Source of the DNA: a virus
Lineage: Duplodnaviria; Caudoviricetes
Direction: 5' to 3' (one strand)
DNA length: 37,846 bases
IMG/VR virus record: IMGVR_UViG_3300030330_003390
Span: 1 to 37,846 of that record
Under the pieces are notes generated by a model that saw nothing but the letters and a program-made list of their open reading frames with translations, did not search any database and was not told where the DNA came from. Made by a program: the position numbers and the translations under genes. Shown here piece by piece: positions 16,930 through 27,083 of this stretch; positions within the stretch are counted from its first letter, which is position 1, and the number at the start of each line of letters is the position of its first letter.

Positions 16930-19818
16930 TTAATCAGTTAATAAAGTAAAAGTATTTTGAGATATATCTATAAATATATTTACATCGTTTCCAGGCATTA
17001 AAGTGTTATTGTCTAAATGAAACTCTAAATCTATACTATCTAACCATATAGAGCTAGAACTTTGATTTTCTGTACCAATAACATGTGATATATAACCGTA
17101 ACCATTACTAAAAGTTGTAGTTTCTGTTACTCTATTATCATAATTGCTACCACTTTGAATCATATAGCTAGGTTGAACATTATCTATAAAAGGCTTGCCA
17201 AATCCTGAATAAACACCTTGAGGGCCAATATCTGTAATATTAGTTCCATATTGAGCATATAAATTAAGCACTTTTCCATTTGGACTAGTAGCAGCATCTT
17301 TATATTGTGATATTTGAGGATTTTGAGCCCAATGTAAAACACCTAAGCTATTACCATAATTACCGTAGTTAACACTAACACCGTTAACAGTTAAAGTAGA
17401 TAGGTTTATATTATCTGTAGCCTGTCCTAAAGGATATAAAAGTGTACTAGTTGCGCCTGGGCTATTTAATTGTGAAAACGAAGCTATAGGAAAAGAACCT
17501 CTACTTATGTTCGCTATAAAAGTACCAGATAAACTACTACCTTGCTGTATGCTAAACGTAGCATCAGGACTTGACATATTTAAAACCCCTGATTGAGGAA
17601 GTTCAAATCTAGCGCCGTTAGCTGAAGGGCCTAAAAATAAAGAATAAAAATTAGAGTTATCCCAAACATCAGGCGGAGTATATAAAGAAGTATTAATTGG
17701 TTGGCCGTCTCCACTTACATCTATTGCAAACTCATTTATATTATTTACAAGCCAGATATTTAAATTATAAAATGGCGGTGGCAACGTGCAAGAACCGTCA
17801 TCTACAGGCGTATAGCCAGATAAAAACGTCGTTGGATTAGTTGCCCCAGGTGTCGCACAGCCAAACTGCCAAGGATATGTTGGTAGAGAAGAGATTTGTT
17901 TTTGTGTGTCCATGCTTATATCTACTGAAACTTGTGCGTCGGCAGTAGGCATTACAAAAGATAAATGAATATCTACAATTATTTCAATAGGAAACTCACC
18001 GTTAGCTGGCGGATTATTAGCGTAAACTTCTTTAAAAACAATTTTATTTATTTTATCATAACTATTCCAAAAAGCGTTTAAAACAGGATTATTAGCCATT
18101 AAAGCAGCGATATTAGCGTTACCACTAATAGATATTTCATGTTCTGTTTCAACTGTTTGTGGAGTTAACCAGCTAGCCATTACGTTTGGAGCTGTACCAG
18201 TGTAAGCATAAGGAGATATTGTTTGAGAAACTCCGTTTTCAATGACTTGACTAAAAGCCCTAAGGCTTTGTATTGTTAAATTATCACAAGCCTTACCCCA
18301 AGCGTTAGCATAGACATTACCAGTAGTGCCATTATCACCAATCACATAAGTGTCTGTTGGTGTTATTTTAAAAGTAACAATATCTTGAACTAAACTTCCT
18401 TCTGCTTTTTGTAGTGTTTTAGTATTAAACACGCCTGAAGAAACGCCACCTGTTACATTAAAATTATGAGAAGGTCTTGGCGTGTAATATTGAGAAGTTC
18501 CACCTGCTGGTTGAGAAGGCGCCATAGTAGAATTAAATCCATTACCATCATTTCTAAAAAGAACTTGTAATTGTCTCATTTGTGGAGGTGGGCCAGGTGG
18601 ATCATGATCAATATCGATTGGTATAATAATGTTTTCAGCTGGCATTGTAAAAGACTCAAAATATACTTTTATTATAGTTCTAGGATTATAATTAGATCCA
18701 GGAACAGAAAGACCAAGTGTATTTGCATGATCTTCTGTTATTTCTATTTTAGTTATATTTACATCAACGTTTGATGAAGAAAAGCTATAAGTGTCTACAT
18801 AACCACCGCTTGGATCTTGTATAGTGTAACCAGTGTAAGTAGATAAACCAGTACTTGTTAACGCGCCATAAGGTGTTAATACACCATTGTTTGTTATAAA
18901 AGTATTACTAGTATCACTTAAGCTATGTCCGTTTATTCTTAATTTATGAGCTTCTATAGTTGATACTCCAGGAGTGTTTGTAAAGTTTTGCCATAAAGAT
19001 ATAGTTTGAAAACCACTAACATTATCTTGGCTTAAAATAGCGTTTACATTGGAATAAGAATTGTAACCATCGTTGCCTGAATAATCATAATACTGCATAT
19101 TGCTAGTATTGTTAAAAAGGTGTTGCTCATAAGCATCTGAATTAATATAAGGTGCGTTTATATTTATCAACCCAGTTAAATAATAACTCATTTGTCCATA
19201 ATTTAATGGATTTACATATGACTCACCAGGAAAATTATTTGTATCAAGATCAGAAGAATCTATAATACTAAAAAGCTGTGTTGATAAAGGTGGTAAACTA
19301 TGATCTAATAATACAGCGTTACCTATACCTTGAAAATTAAACTCAGAAGTATTTAAATTGTTATTTGAAACACTGTTCCAATAAGTCTGCTCTCCTTTAA
19401 TATAATTAAACCATTTACCTTCTTTTTCAATAAACTCAGGTATACTACCTGTTTGCTCGTTAGGATAACCTTCGTCTGTTATCATGCTTTCAACCCACCA
19501 ACCTTGTTTTTGTTTTATATCATAATAGTTGTTAGCATTACCTAAAACTCTAGATTGGCTACCTTCATAAGCTATAGCTTTAAAATCTTTTATAACATTA
19601 GCGCTTTGATTAAAAATAACATCAACATAAGAATCTACAGGGCTTTGGCCATAAAAACTATTAGCTTCAATATTAAGATCTTTTACATGGTGCTCCCAAG
19701 GCATACCATTGCTAAAAGTATAATATTTATTATTAAGGCTAATTCCTTGTTCTTTAATAAAAGATTTAAAGCTAACCCAGCCTTTTGCGCTTTCTTTATA
19801 TGTTATTGTTATTGCCAT
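16930..19818 (-). CDS. Tail protein: muzzle-like N-terminal 170 aa plus a large repetitive beta-rich extension
   Basis: GWVSFKSF...YYTF...FYG...FKAIAYEG...EFIEKEGKWFNYIKG, followed by Asn/Ser/Thr-rich domains with Pro linkers. Confidence 0.65.
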   Translation of the reverse strand: MAITITYKESAKGWVSFKSFIKEQGISLNNKYYTFSNGMPWEHHVKDLNIEANSFYGQSPVDSYVDVIFNQSANVIKDFKAIAYEGSQSRVLGNANNYYDIKQKQGWWVESMITDEGYPNEQTGSIPEFIEKEGKWFNYIKGEQTYWNSVSNNNLNTSEFNFQGIGNAVLLDHSLPPLSTQLFSIIDSSDLDTNNFPGESYVNPLNYGQMSYYLTGLININAPYINSDAYEQHLFNNTSNMQYYDYSGNDGYNSYSNVNAILSQDNVSGFQTISLWQNFTNTPGVSTIEAHKLRINGHSLSDTSNTFITNNGVLTPYGALTSTGLSTYTGYTIQDPSGGYVDTYSFSSSNVDVNITKIEITEDHANTLGLSVPGSNYNPRTIIKVYFESFTMPAENIIIPIDIDHDPPGPPPQMRQLQVLFRNDGNGFNSTMAPSQPAGGTSQYYTPRPSHNFNVTGGVSSGVFNTKTLQKAEGSLVQDIVTFKITPTDTYVIGDNGTTGNVYANAWGKACDNLTIQSLRAFSQVIENGVSQTISPYAYTGTAPNVMASWLTPQTVETEHEISISGNANIAALMANNPVLNAFWNSYDKINKIVFKEVYANNPPANGEFPIEIIVDIHLSFVMPTADAQVSVDISMDTQKQISSLPTYPWQFGCATPGATNPTTFLSGYTPVDDGSCTLPPPFYNLNIWLVNNINEFAIDVSGDGQPINTSLYTPPDVWDNSNFYSLFLGPSANGARFELPQSGVLNMSSPDATFSIQQGSSLSGTFIANISRGSFPIASFSQLNSPGATSTLLYPLGQATDNINLSTLTVNGVSVNYGNYGNSLGVLHWAQNPQISQYKDAATSPNGKVLNLYAQYGTNITDIGPQGVYSGFGKPFIDNVQPSYMIQSGSNYDNRVTETTTFSNGYGYISHVIGTENQSSSSIWLDSIDLEFHLDNNTLMPGNDVNIFIDISQNTFTLLTD

Positions 19819-19828
19819 TTATAATATA

Positions 19829-22800
19829 TTAATATGTAGAACCACTATTAGATGAACCACTGTTACTATCTGTATCGCTACTGCCACTACTAGAAACACC
19901 TGTTGTATAACTGTCAGTATTAGTTACGTCTAATTCTATTTCTTCAGAAAAATTATTTGTTAAAGTTAAATTATACTCACCTTTGTCTATGTCATAACTA
20001 CCAATTAATAGCTTGTAATTTTTTAAATTATCTCCAAACCAATAACTCATACCAGCTTCAGAAATAGGTGTTAAACCATCCATTGAAAGTCGTAAAACAG
20101 ATCCTCTCTGTTTGTCTGTAAAATAAGCTCTATAAGATTCTGACGCGAATGACTCTGGATTTTTTGATATACCATAATCACCAACAAAAGCCATTGTTTG
20201 ACCTAAAACATTAGAACTAGCAACAACGTTTGTGCTTCCGTCAGCATTAAACAAAGCGTCTTTATTTGCTAATACTTTTAATACTCTATCTTCACAAAAA
20301 GTAACTAAATCAGTATCTCTAGTAAATAGTTTTTGTATACTTCCATAAGTAGGATTAATATCTTTTGTTATACTATCAGCCATGATAAACTGATTAAAAT
20401 TATTTACACCAGATATTGAATTATAAATACCTGAGAATATTAAACCATATTTTCTGTGTTCTTGTTGATATTCTTCTTCTATAGTTGTAGATGCTTTAGC
20501 GCCATTATCTATTCTAACACCATTAAAAACATCTCTTACTCTATCCGACTCAACGCCATTTCCAAAAGAAAAACAATTAAACCAATTTAAACCTACTAAT
20601 TTATTTGAAATATCTGTGTCTATTAAAAGTTGATCGCTAATTTCGTTTCCTTGAATATCAATAATTGAATTATATAACGCTAAAACTTTAAGGTTAATAA
20701 AAGATCCGTTTTCAACTTGTATTTTAATAATTTTATTTGTAATTCCACTTTCAAACGTACCAGTTGTTTGCAATACTAAAGCTTCGTATGCAGAATAATT
20801 AACATTAATAGGAGGAGCCCAACCACTTATTTTAGCTTCAGTAAGTTGAACACCTGAAGTATATGATGTAATTTCACTTGATATTGGTGCTAAACTTTCC
20901 ACGTTATTTATGCTAAGTCTTGTTGGTATAAAACTAGAGGCTTCATAATAAAGGCTTAAATCCTCATCTGTTTTAGGCTCTGTTTCAAATACAGCAGGGT
21001 TTTCAGGAAACTTAACTTCATTGTCTTCTAATATATAACTATTTGTAACTATTTCAATGCCACAAGGATTAGTATTAAGCGTTACAGTATCACTAGATCC
21101 AGGCAAGCCAGTAATTGGATGATAATCTGTCCAGTCAGGAGGATCTCCATTTAAATCTCTTAACGTAAGCCTCCATGTAACTCTACGGTTATGATGACTC
21201 CGATTAATCAACTGAACGCTAGGAGTATAAGTAATTGGTGGAACACCAAATTGAGCAAGATTACCTTCGCCCCAAGCAACCGAGTTTGGAGGTAAAACCT
21301 CTGAAGAAAACGGGGCTTGATTATAATTAGGATCTTCATCATCATCAAACTGTGGCACTTCATTGCCTTGATTAATTCCAGGTGGTGGATACGGGTGGAC
21401 ACCACCCGTGTAAACACTATGATAATTAAATTTATAAAACTTCTGTACAGAGGTAACCGTGTATATTATGCTATTTGGATCGTTTGTAAACCTAATAAGA
21501 GCACCAGATTTTATTTGTTTAGCAAAATTATGTGCATCAGGATCATAAGACTCACTTATCTTCCAGTAATTCATCCAAAGTTCTTCAGTTACTTCCACAC
21601 CAGGTGAAGGAAATAACCCTCCAGAAGAACCTTGCCCGCACCCACTGTTATGAGTTTCTAATCTTTCGCTACCGCCAGCCGCATTAAGGTCACGCCCGTA
21701 AGGGCCAACGTACGAAATATCTATTGTGTTTGATGTTACACCTGCGCCTTGAGAAAAAAACTGATAATTTTCAAGATTACTTGAAAAGTCAGCTGGTCCA
21801 TGCCCAAGTCCTTGAACGCCAAAACCAATGCCCGCTAACTGCGCAAAATTATTACTTGTGCCAATAAATGGGTTTCCAGATTTTTCTTGATGCATTAACG
21901 CGTATAAATTACTAGCATAAGGAAGCGCATTGGTATTTACCCAAATAGCGTTATAACCGCCGTATAAAGTAGAGCTATTTTTATAAACATCATTTACATT
22001 ACCAAACCAGGTTGTTTCTTGATCTGGATCAAAGCCGTTTAAACCCCAAAAAGGCTCTTCACCAGCGTGGTAAGCCTCATCTATAATAAAACCTCCAGCA
22101 CCATAAGAGTGACCTGGATCATTTGTGTCTCTTAAAATTTCATATATACCTCTCCAAGCATACCAAGAGCAGTATGCGTCTTCTGGTATAGGAGTATGTG
22201 GATCTCCGTGATTAGCGTTCCAACTTGCTATTTCTGTAGCGTGATCTGCTGCTGTTCTCCAAGAAAAAGAAAAAGGCCACGGACTTAAACTTTGAGTTCC
22301 TGGCGTATCATTTTCTGTAAAGTTTTTAGCGTAATAAGCGTTAATTTTTTGAACTATTTTAGTTTGTTGAAAACTACTTGTTGCTACAATTGTATTTTCT
22401 ATATATTGATCTTTACGTATTTTTGCAAAAAACCTTCCTTGAAAAGCTGATTTATTCTGAACTACCTCTTGAGTTATTTCTACCTTTATATCTCCAGCGC
22501 CAGTACCAAACTGAACAGTTGAATATGTCATAGTGACAGAGCCAGGCGTAGTGTCCATCCAGCTAATCTTTCCGTTATCATTGTCTACTAATTGTTTTTT
22601 CAATCTTATTTGATAAAACTCTGCATCTGTTAAAGTAACTACATTACCACTATCATTTATTTGGTTATCAACGTCTGCCGTGATTACTTTAACATTATCT
22701 ATTTCAAAATAATCAGATATATTACCTGTTTTAGTGCCATCTGCATTTACACCAATAAATCTTATAAACAATACTTTATCGTTGTCTTCAACGCTTTGTT

Positions 22801-25144
22801 TTTCGTGAAAATCTTCTAAAAGAGTATTTGTAAAAGCTAATTTTTTTATTTTTATTTCTTGCTCACCTTCTGCAGGTTTTTCATCGTTAGTACCATTTGT
22901 AGTTAAAAATATACTTGAAGAATTATGAATGTTTGATATGTTTCTAACTTCACCTAATACAACCTTTCTTGTTTTTATATATTCTGGCGCTTCATTTTCT
23001 ATAGCTAATACTTTATAAACATTTGAAGACTCTTCAGGTACATCGCTTTCTAGTTTTTTCTTTAAAAATAAAGTAGTTTCAGTATCAATTTTATTTCTAT
23101 CACTTGAAGCAAAGCTTAACCATATATTACCGTCTTCTGCATCAAAAAATCTATCTAATGCCAGATTGTAATATTCTGTAGAAGTTTCTTTTATAAAAAA
23201 CTTAAAACTATCTGCCCAACTTGGTGCTGGTGTGTTATTTTTTACAACAATTTGAGTATTTCTTCCAGATTCTAATTTACCAACATTAATATTACCAGAA
23301 GCGTTTGTAAACACCGGCGTTTGCCTTTGATATTTGTCAGCATAAACTATTCCTAGCTGATATTTTCTTGACGATTTTATAGATTTTTTATTTTGTTGCA
23401 GCTCTCTATCTCTTAAAAGAACAGTTAAATCAGTTGTAGTATCAAAATCATAATTTTGTAAATAATTTCCGTATATTAGTCTACTTCCAATTATTTCTTG
23501 CGCTCTAGCTGCTCGTGGAACATTATCCCACGGGCGTAAAAGTTGATTAGATGAAATTAAAGAATCTATATTTTCGTTATTTAAAATATACTTATTATTA
23601 ATCCATTGCTCATCTGTTGGCGATAATGAATCTAGTTTATATACATTTGGAGAATCAGATTCTTTATAAAGTATTTCTATTTTTTTAACTTCTTTAGGTA
23701 TATCACCTTGTACTATGTTAGTTATTTCTATTTCTTCTATATCATTTTCCATTCCAAGATTATAACCTTCATTAGGAGAAAAATTAAAAGATCCAGGTAA
23801 AAAAGCTACATTTGTAAAAGAAGAAAAAGCAGAATATTCATTATCTCTATATTTATATCTTAAAGCAAATCTAGGAAATTTTAATTTATATAATTTTTTC
23901 TCAGATGTATCTAATACTATATAAAAAACATCTCCAGTATCTAAATCTGTTTCAACAAAAGTAGCACGAACAACAACTTGACTACCATTAGCTTGTACGA
24001 CAGAACCTCGTATTTGTGCCTGGTCAGGCGTGAAAGGAAATCCATTACTTTGATTTAAACATATAGTATCGCCTAAACTAAAATCTACGTTAGAACTTGA
24101 ATTAATAGGCGTAATGTCAATAGTAAATTCTTGACCTACATAAGGCGCATTTGATATATTAGAATATCCTCTTATAGAATCATCTAGTCCTTGTAATTTT
24201 AAACTTGGAGCGAATAAAGGAGATTTTTTAATTACAGTTATATCTTCTTCTTTACACTTTATACCATCTAAAATACCTATGTTTTGTGACTCGTTAATTA
24301 CAAAAGTATTTTCTGACATATCAGGATTTGTACCTTGTATACTTTTGCTTATGTTTATCTTTTTTGGCTCTATAGGTATTAAAGAACCTTCCTCGTCAAA
24401 ATAACCATTTGACCAGAATAAAAAATCATCAACAACGTTTATAGCAGTAATAATTTTATTTGGAGCAAACTTTAGTGTACTTGTATCAAAAATAATTGCA
24501 AGAGAAGGTTGGCCAGGTAGAATATTTATTAAGCTAATAGGTATATCGTCTGGACTTATATAAATAACACCCCCAGGAAATAAAGGGTTAGTAATGTCTA
24601 CGTTTAAAACTGGAGAATTAATTTCGTGTATTCCACCGGTATCATCTACAATATAACTAACTATGTCTTCTTTTTGTATTTCTTGCGCTGTGCTTAAGTT
24701 TAATATTGGTATCGTACCTATATTAGGATTAATTCCTGTGGTAAAAGGCGATGCTTTAACAACTTTTGATCTTTTATCTACAAAAACAGGCGTTACAATA
24801 TTGTTTTTATATTGTAAAATCATATCTTTTTCAATATAATTATCTTCAAGTGCAAAAATATCTGAATATGTAGAAATATTTATTGAAGTTGTTTCATGTA
24901 AAAACCAATAAAAAACATCACTTTTTTCATCTTTAACTACGCCGACACATTGGCAGTCATTAGGTATTCCAGAAGCAGATATTAGTTGATTTCCTAAAAT
25001 GTTTTGAACCGTACCAACATCGTTTTCATCAGACGAAGTGACTTGTATATTCATCGCGTCTCTATACTGGCCATTGGGAACAAGTCTTTCATCAAGATCT
25101 TTGTTCATTTTGCCTTGAGTAAAGTTATTTTTTATTTCTGCCAT
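19829..25144 (-). CDS. Tail stabilisation (muzzle/nozzle-like, P22 gp10-analogous) protein, main part
   Basis: F.QGKMNKDLDERLVPNGQYRDAMNI N-terminus; RFALRYKYRDNEYS; RLIYGNY; FGNGVES.R.RD; YGSIQKL; YGISKNPESFA. These motifs are recalled from crAss-like and Cellulophaga podovirus proteins. Confidence 0.75.
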   Translation of the reverse strand: MAEIKNNFTQGKMNKDLDERLVPNGQYRDAMNIQVTSSDENDVGTVQNILGNQLISASGIPNDCQCVGVVKDEKSDVFYWFLHETTSINISTYSDIFALEDNYIEKDMILQYKNNIVTPVFVDKRSKVVKASPFTTGINPNIGTIPILNLSTAQEIQKEDIVSYIVDDTGGIHEINSPVLNVDITNPLFPGGVIYISPDDIPISLINILPGQPSLAIIFDTSTLKFAPNKIITAINVVDDFLFWSNGYFDEEGSLIPIEPKKINISKSIQGTNPDMSENTFVINESQNIGILDGIKCKEEDITVIKKSPLFAPSLKLQGLDDSIRGYSNISNAPYVGQEFTIDITPINSSSNVDFSLGDTICLNQSNGFPFTPDQAQIRGSVVQANGSQVVVRATFVETDLDTGDVFYIVLDTSEKKLYKLKFPRFALRYKYRDNEYSAFSSFTNVAFLPGSFNFSPNEGYNLGMENDIEEIEITNIVQGDIPKEVKKIEILYKESDSPNVYKLDSLSPTDEQWINNKYILNNENIDSLISSNQLLRPWDNVPRAARAQEIIGSRLIYGNYLQNYDFDTTTDLTVLLRDRELQQNKKSIKSSRKYQLGIVYADKYQRQTPVFTNASGNINVGKLESGRNTQIVVKNNTPAPSWADSFKFFIKETSTEYYNLALDRFFDAEDGNIWLSFASSDRNKIDTETTLFLKKKLESDVPEESSNVYKVLAIENEAPEYIKTRKVVLGEVRNISNIHNSSSIFLTTNGTNDEKPAEGEQEIKIKKLAFTNTLLEDFHEKQSVEDNDKVLFIRFIGVNADGTKTGNISDYFEIDNVKVITADVDNQINDSGNVVTLTDAEFYQIRLKKQLVDNDNGKISWMDTTPGSVTMTYSTVQFGTGAGDIKVEITQEVVQNKSAFQGRFFAKIRKDQYIENTIVATSSFQQTKIVQKINAYYAKNFTENDTPGTQSLSPWPFSFSWRTAADHATEIASWNANHGDPHTPIPEDAYCSWYAWRGIYEILRDTNDPGHSYGAGGFIIDEAYHAGEEPFWGLNGFDPDQETTWFGNVNDVYKNSSTLYGGYNAIWVNTNALPYASNLYALMHQEKSGNPFIGTSNNFAQLAGIGFGVQGLGHGPADFSSNLENYQFFSQGAGVTSNTIDISYVGPYGRDLNAAGGSERLETHNSGCGQGSSGGLFPSPGVEVTEELWMNYWKISESYDPDAHNFAKQIKSGALIRFTNDPNSIIYTVTSVQKFYKFNYHSVYTGGVHPYPPPGINQGNEVPQFDDDEDPNYNQAPFSSEVLPPNSVAWGEGNLAQFGVPPITYTPSVQLINRSHHNRRVTWRLTLRDLNGDPPDWTDYHPITGLPGSSDTVTLNTNPCGIEIVTNSYILEDNEVKFPENPAVFETEPKTDEDLSLYYEASSFIPTRLSINNVESLAPISSEITSYTSGVQLTEAKISGWAPPINVNYSAYEALVLQTTGTFESGITNKIIKIQVENGSFINLKVLALYNSIIDIQGNEISDQLLIDTDISNKLVGLNWFNCFSFGNGVESDRVRDVFNGVRIDNGAKASTTIEEEYQQEHRKYGLIFSGIYNSISGVNNFNQFIMADSITKDINPTYGSIQKLFTRDTDLVTFCEDRVLKVLANKDALFNADGSTNVVASSNVLGQTMAFVGDYGISKNPESFASESYRAYFTDKQRGSVLRLSMDGLTPISEAGMSYWFGDNLKNYKLLIGSYDIDKGEYNLTLTNNFSEEIELDVTNTDSYTTGVSSSGSSDTDSNSGSSNSGSTY

Positions 25145-25147
25145 TTA

Positions 25148-26341
25148 TTAGTGTTTTATCCATTTAGATTTACCTCTAAAAACTTGAGCAATTTCTTCTA
25201 ATTTTATATTTGACAATCTTAATTTAGCTTGTCTTATAGCTGCAAATTTTTCTTTTTTAAATCTAGGCACAAGAGGTTGTCCAATTAAAGTTGTTGATAG
25301 TATACCATAAGCAATTGATTTATACATAGCTTCCTCAGCAAACTTATGAACCTGCATTTCATCGTCAGTGCCTAAGCTATCACTTATATAATCTAATATT
25401 ACAGTTTTTCCAGAAATATTAGAAGAAAAATGTATTAAACCTTTATTACAGTCTATATAATAAGATCCATTTGTTTGTGCATGTTGAGGATCTACTCCGT
25501 ATCTTTGGCCAATATTAGCTTCATATATCTTATCATCATAGTCATAATCATGATTAGCGTTTTCAGCAGGCGTGTGTGTTTTGTATTTTTCCCAAGTGTC
25601 AGATTCTTTTTTAAGATCATAGAAAAATAAAGAAGTGCCATTTCCAGAACCTGTAGAGCTTGTGCCAACAGGAAGATTAATAGTTAAGCCATCGCTACTA
25701 ACGCTTTGAACCGTTATAATACCAGCAAATGAAGTGCCCGCTGTAGTACCTAAGCCAAAAGCAGCAGCCTTCATACCGGCCTTAACACCAGCGTCTGAAG
25801 TTAAAACAATAGTATTAGCATTATAACTAAAATCACCAGTTGCAACTTCTATAGTCTCGTATTGTTGTTTTAAATTACCAGATATTCCAGGTGTTAATAT
25901 ATCAGCTAAGGTATCTGAGTCTCCTTCAAATATAAAATCACCATTAGTCTCTTGCTCTATTGGAAAAGGATTTGATGTTTTTGAAGTAGGATATAATATT
26001 CTTTTTATACCAGCGTTATCAACCCAAGATAATTTAACATAATTAACATAGTCTTGTGGTAGCGGCATTACTAAAGAAGGTGGTATTTCTATTTCTTGTG
26101 CCTTACAAGATTTAAATGTATCAAAAGATAGTTCTTGTAACGCTCTCATTGCGTGAAACTGTACATCTGTTACTTTTGCTTTTGGTATAATTTTACCTTC
26201 ACCAACATAAGCAATCATAAATTGATTTATAATATCTTTTAATGATGTAAATTGATAGTTACCAAAATTTTCATCTCCAGTATTTTGAATACTATCGTTT
26301 CCTTCATAATATTCTTTAGCTGTATTTTCTAATAACCCCAT
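25148..26341 (-). CDS. Tail ring/tubular structural protein with an inserted domain
   Basis: RALQELSFD...LPQDYVNYVKL...LDYISD motifs; position in the tail module. Confidence 0.65.
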   Translation of the reverse strand: MGLLENTAKEYYEGNDSIQNTGDENFGNYQFTSLKDIINQFMIAYVGEGKIIPKAKVTDVQFHAMRALQELSFDTFKSCKAQEIEIPPSLVMPLPQDYVNYVKLSWVDNAGIKRILYPTSKTSNPFPIEQETNGDFIFEGDSDTLADILTPGISGNLKQQYETIEVATGDFSYNANTIVLTSDAGVKAGMKAAAFGLGTTAGTSFAGIITVQSVSSDGLTINLPVGTSSTGSGNGTSLFFYDLKKESDTWEKYKTHTPAENANHDYDYDDKIYEANIGQRYGVDPQHAQTNGSYYIDCNKGLIHFSSNISGKTVILDYISDSLGTDDEMQVHKFAEEAMYKSIAYGILSTTLIGQPLVPRFKKEKFAAIRQAKLRLSNIKLEEIAQVFRGKSKWIKH

Positions 26342-26344
26342 TTA

Positions 26345-27025
26345 TTATTGTTTTTGTTTTTGTATTTCTTTTAATTCTTCTTGAGATCCAACAGTATATA
26401 ATTCACCACCTAAACTTATACCAGCTAATTGTAATATTTTAAAAACTAAATTAGACTGTTCTGAAATATGTAGTTCAAAGTTAACAGCAGAAGACGCGTT
26501 ATACATTGGCTTTTGATTAACAACTGTATACGCCCAATTTGCAGCTATAGGATTTCTTGTATAGTTTATTTGTATTTCATCAGAAGTAGTTGGGTATATT
26601 GTTATAGAGTCTGATTCTAGTATATATATAGGTCTGTCTATACTAGGTTTAGACAAAGGCGTGTTTAATATTCTTATTAGTTCGCTTTTTTGAACTTTAA
26701 ATATTTCTACTTTTCTAGTAGCATTTATAATTGATCCTATTTTATGTAAGTCTGAAGGTAGTGCTACTGAAGAACTTGTAGCTGTGATAGTAGTTGCTGC
26801 TTTAAAAATACTTAACTTATCGTCAAGTAATTCTTTACGGCTAGAATAATCGGTGCCAGCTTCTGGTATTCTAGCATATTGCTGTAAATCATAAAAATAT
26901 TGCTCAAAAATATCCGTTTGAGCTTGATTAGCAAATAAATTAAATTCTTGTGGCGTTATATATCCTCTTTGCTCTTTATTAGCTATAGCTAAAACTCTTT
27001 GATATACTGTATCTATATTTACCAT
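26345..27025 (-). CDS. Head-tail adaptor/ring protein (tail tubular A-like)
   Basis: NKEQRGYITPQEFNLFANQAQ...LPSDL...IYP...Y.RNP pattern; follows the capsid module. Confidence 0.7.
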   Translation of the reverse strand: MVNIDTVYQRVLAIANKEQRGYITPQEFNLFANQAQTDIFEQYFYDLQQYARIPEAGTDYSSRKELLDDKLSIFKAATTITATSSSVALPSDLHKIGSIINATRKVEIFKVQKSELIRILNTPLSKPSIDRPIYILESDSITIYPTTSDEIQINYTRNPIAANWAYTVVNQKPMYNASSAVNFELHISEQSNLVFKILQLAGISLGGELYTVGSQEELKEIQKQKQ

Positions 27026-27038
27026 AGTTATTTTTTAT

Positions 27039-27077
27039 TGTAGTAAGCAATCGCCCAGTAGGGCGATTACTCCTACA
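27039..27077 (-). other. Intergenic RNA stem-loop (about 17 bp, one bulge) without a U-tract
   Basis: Minus strand TGTAGGAGTAATCGCCC-TACT-GGGCGATTGCTT(A)CTACA. Confidence 0.7.
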
Positions 27078-27083
27078 GTTTGA

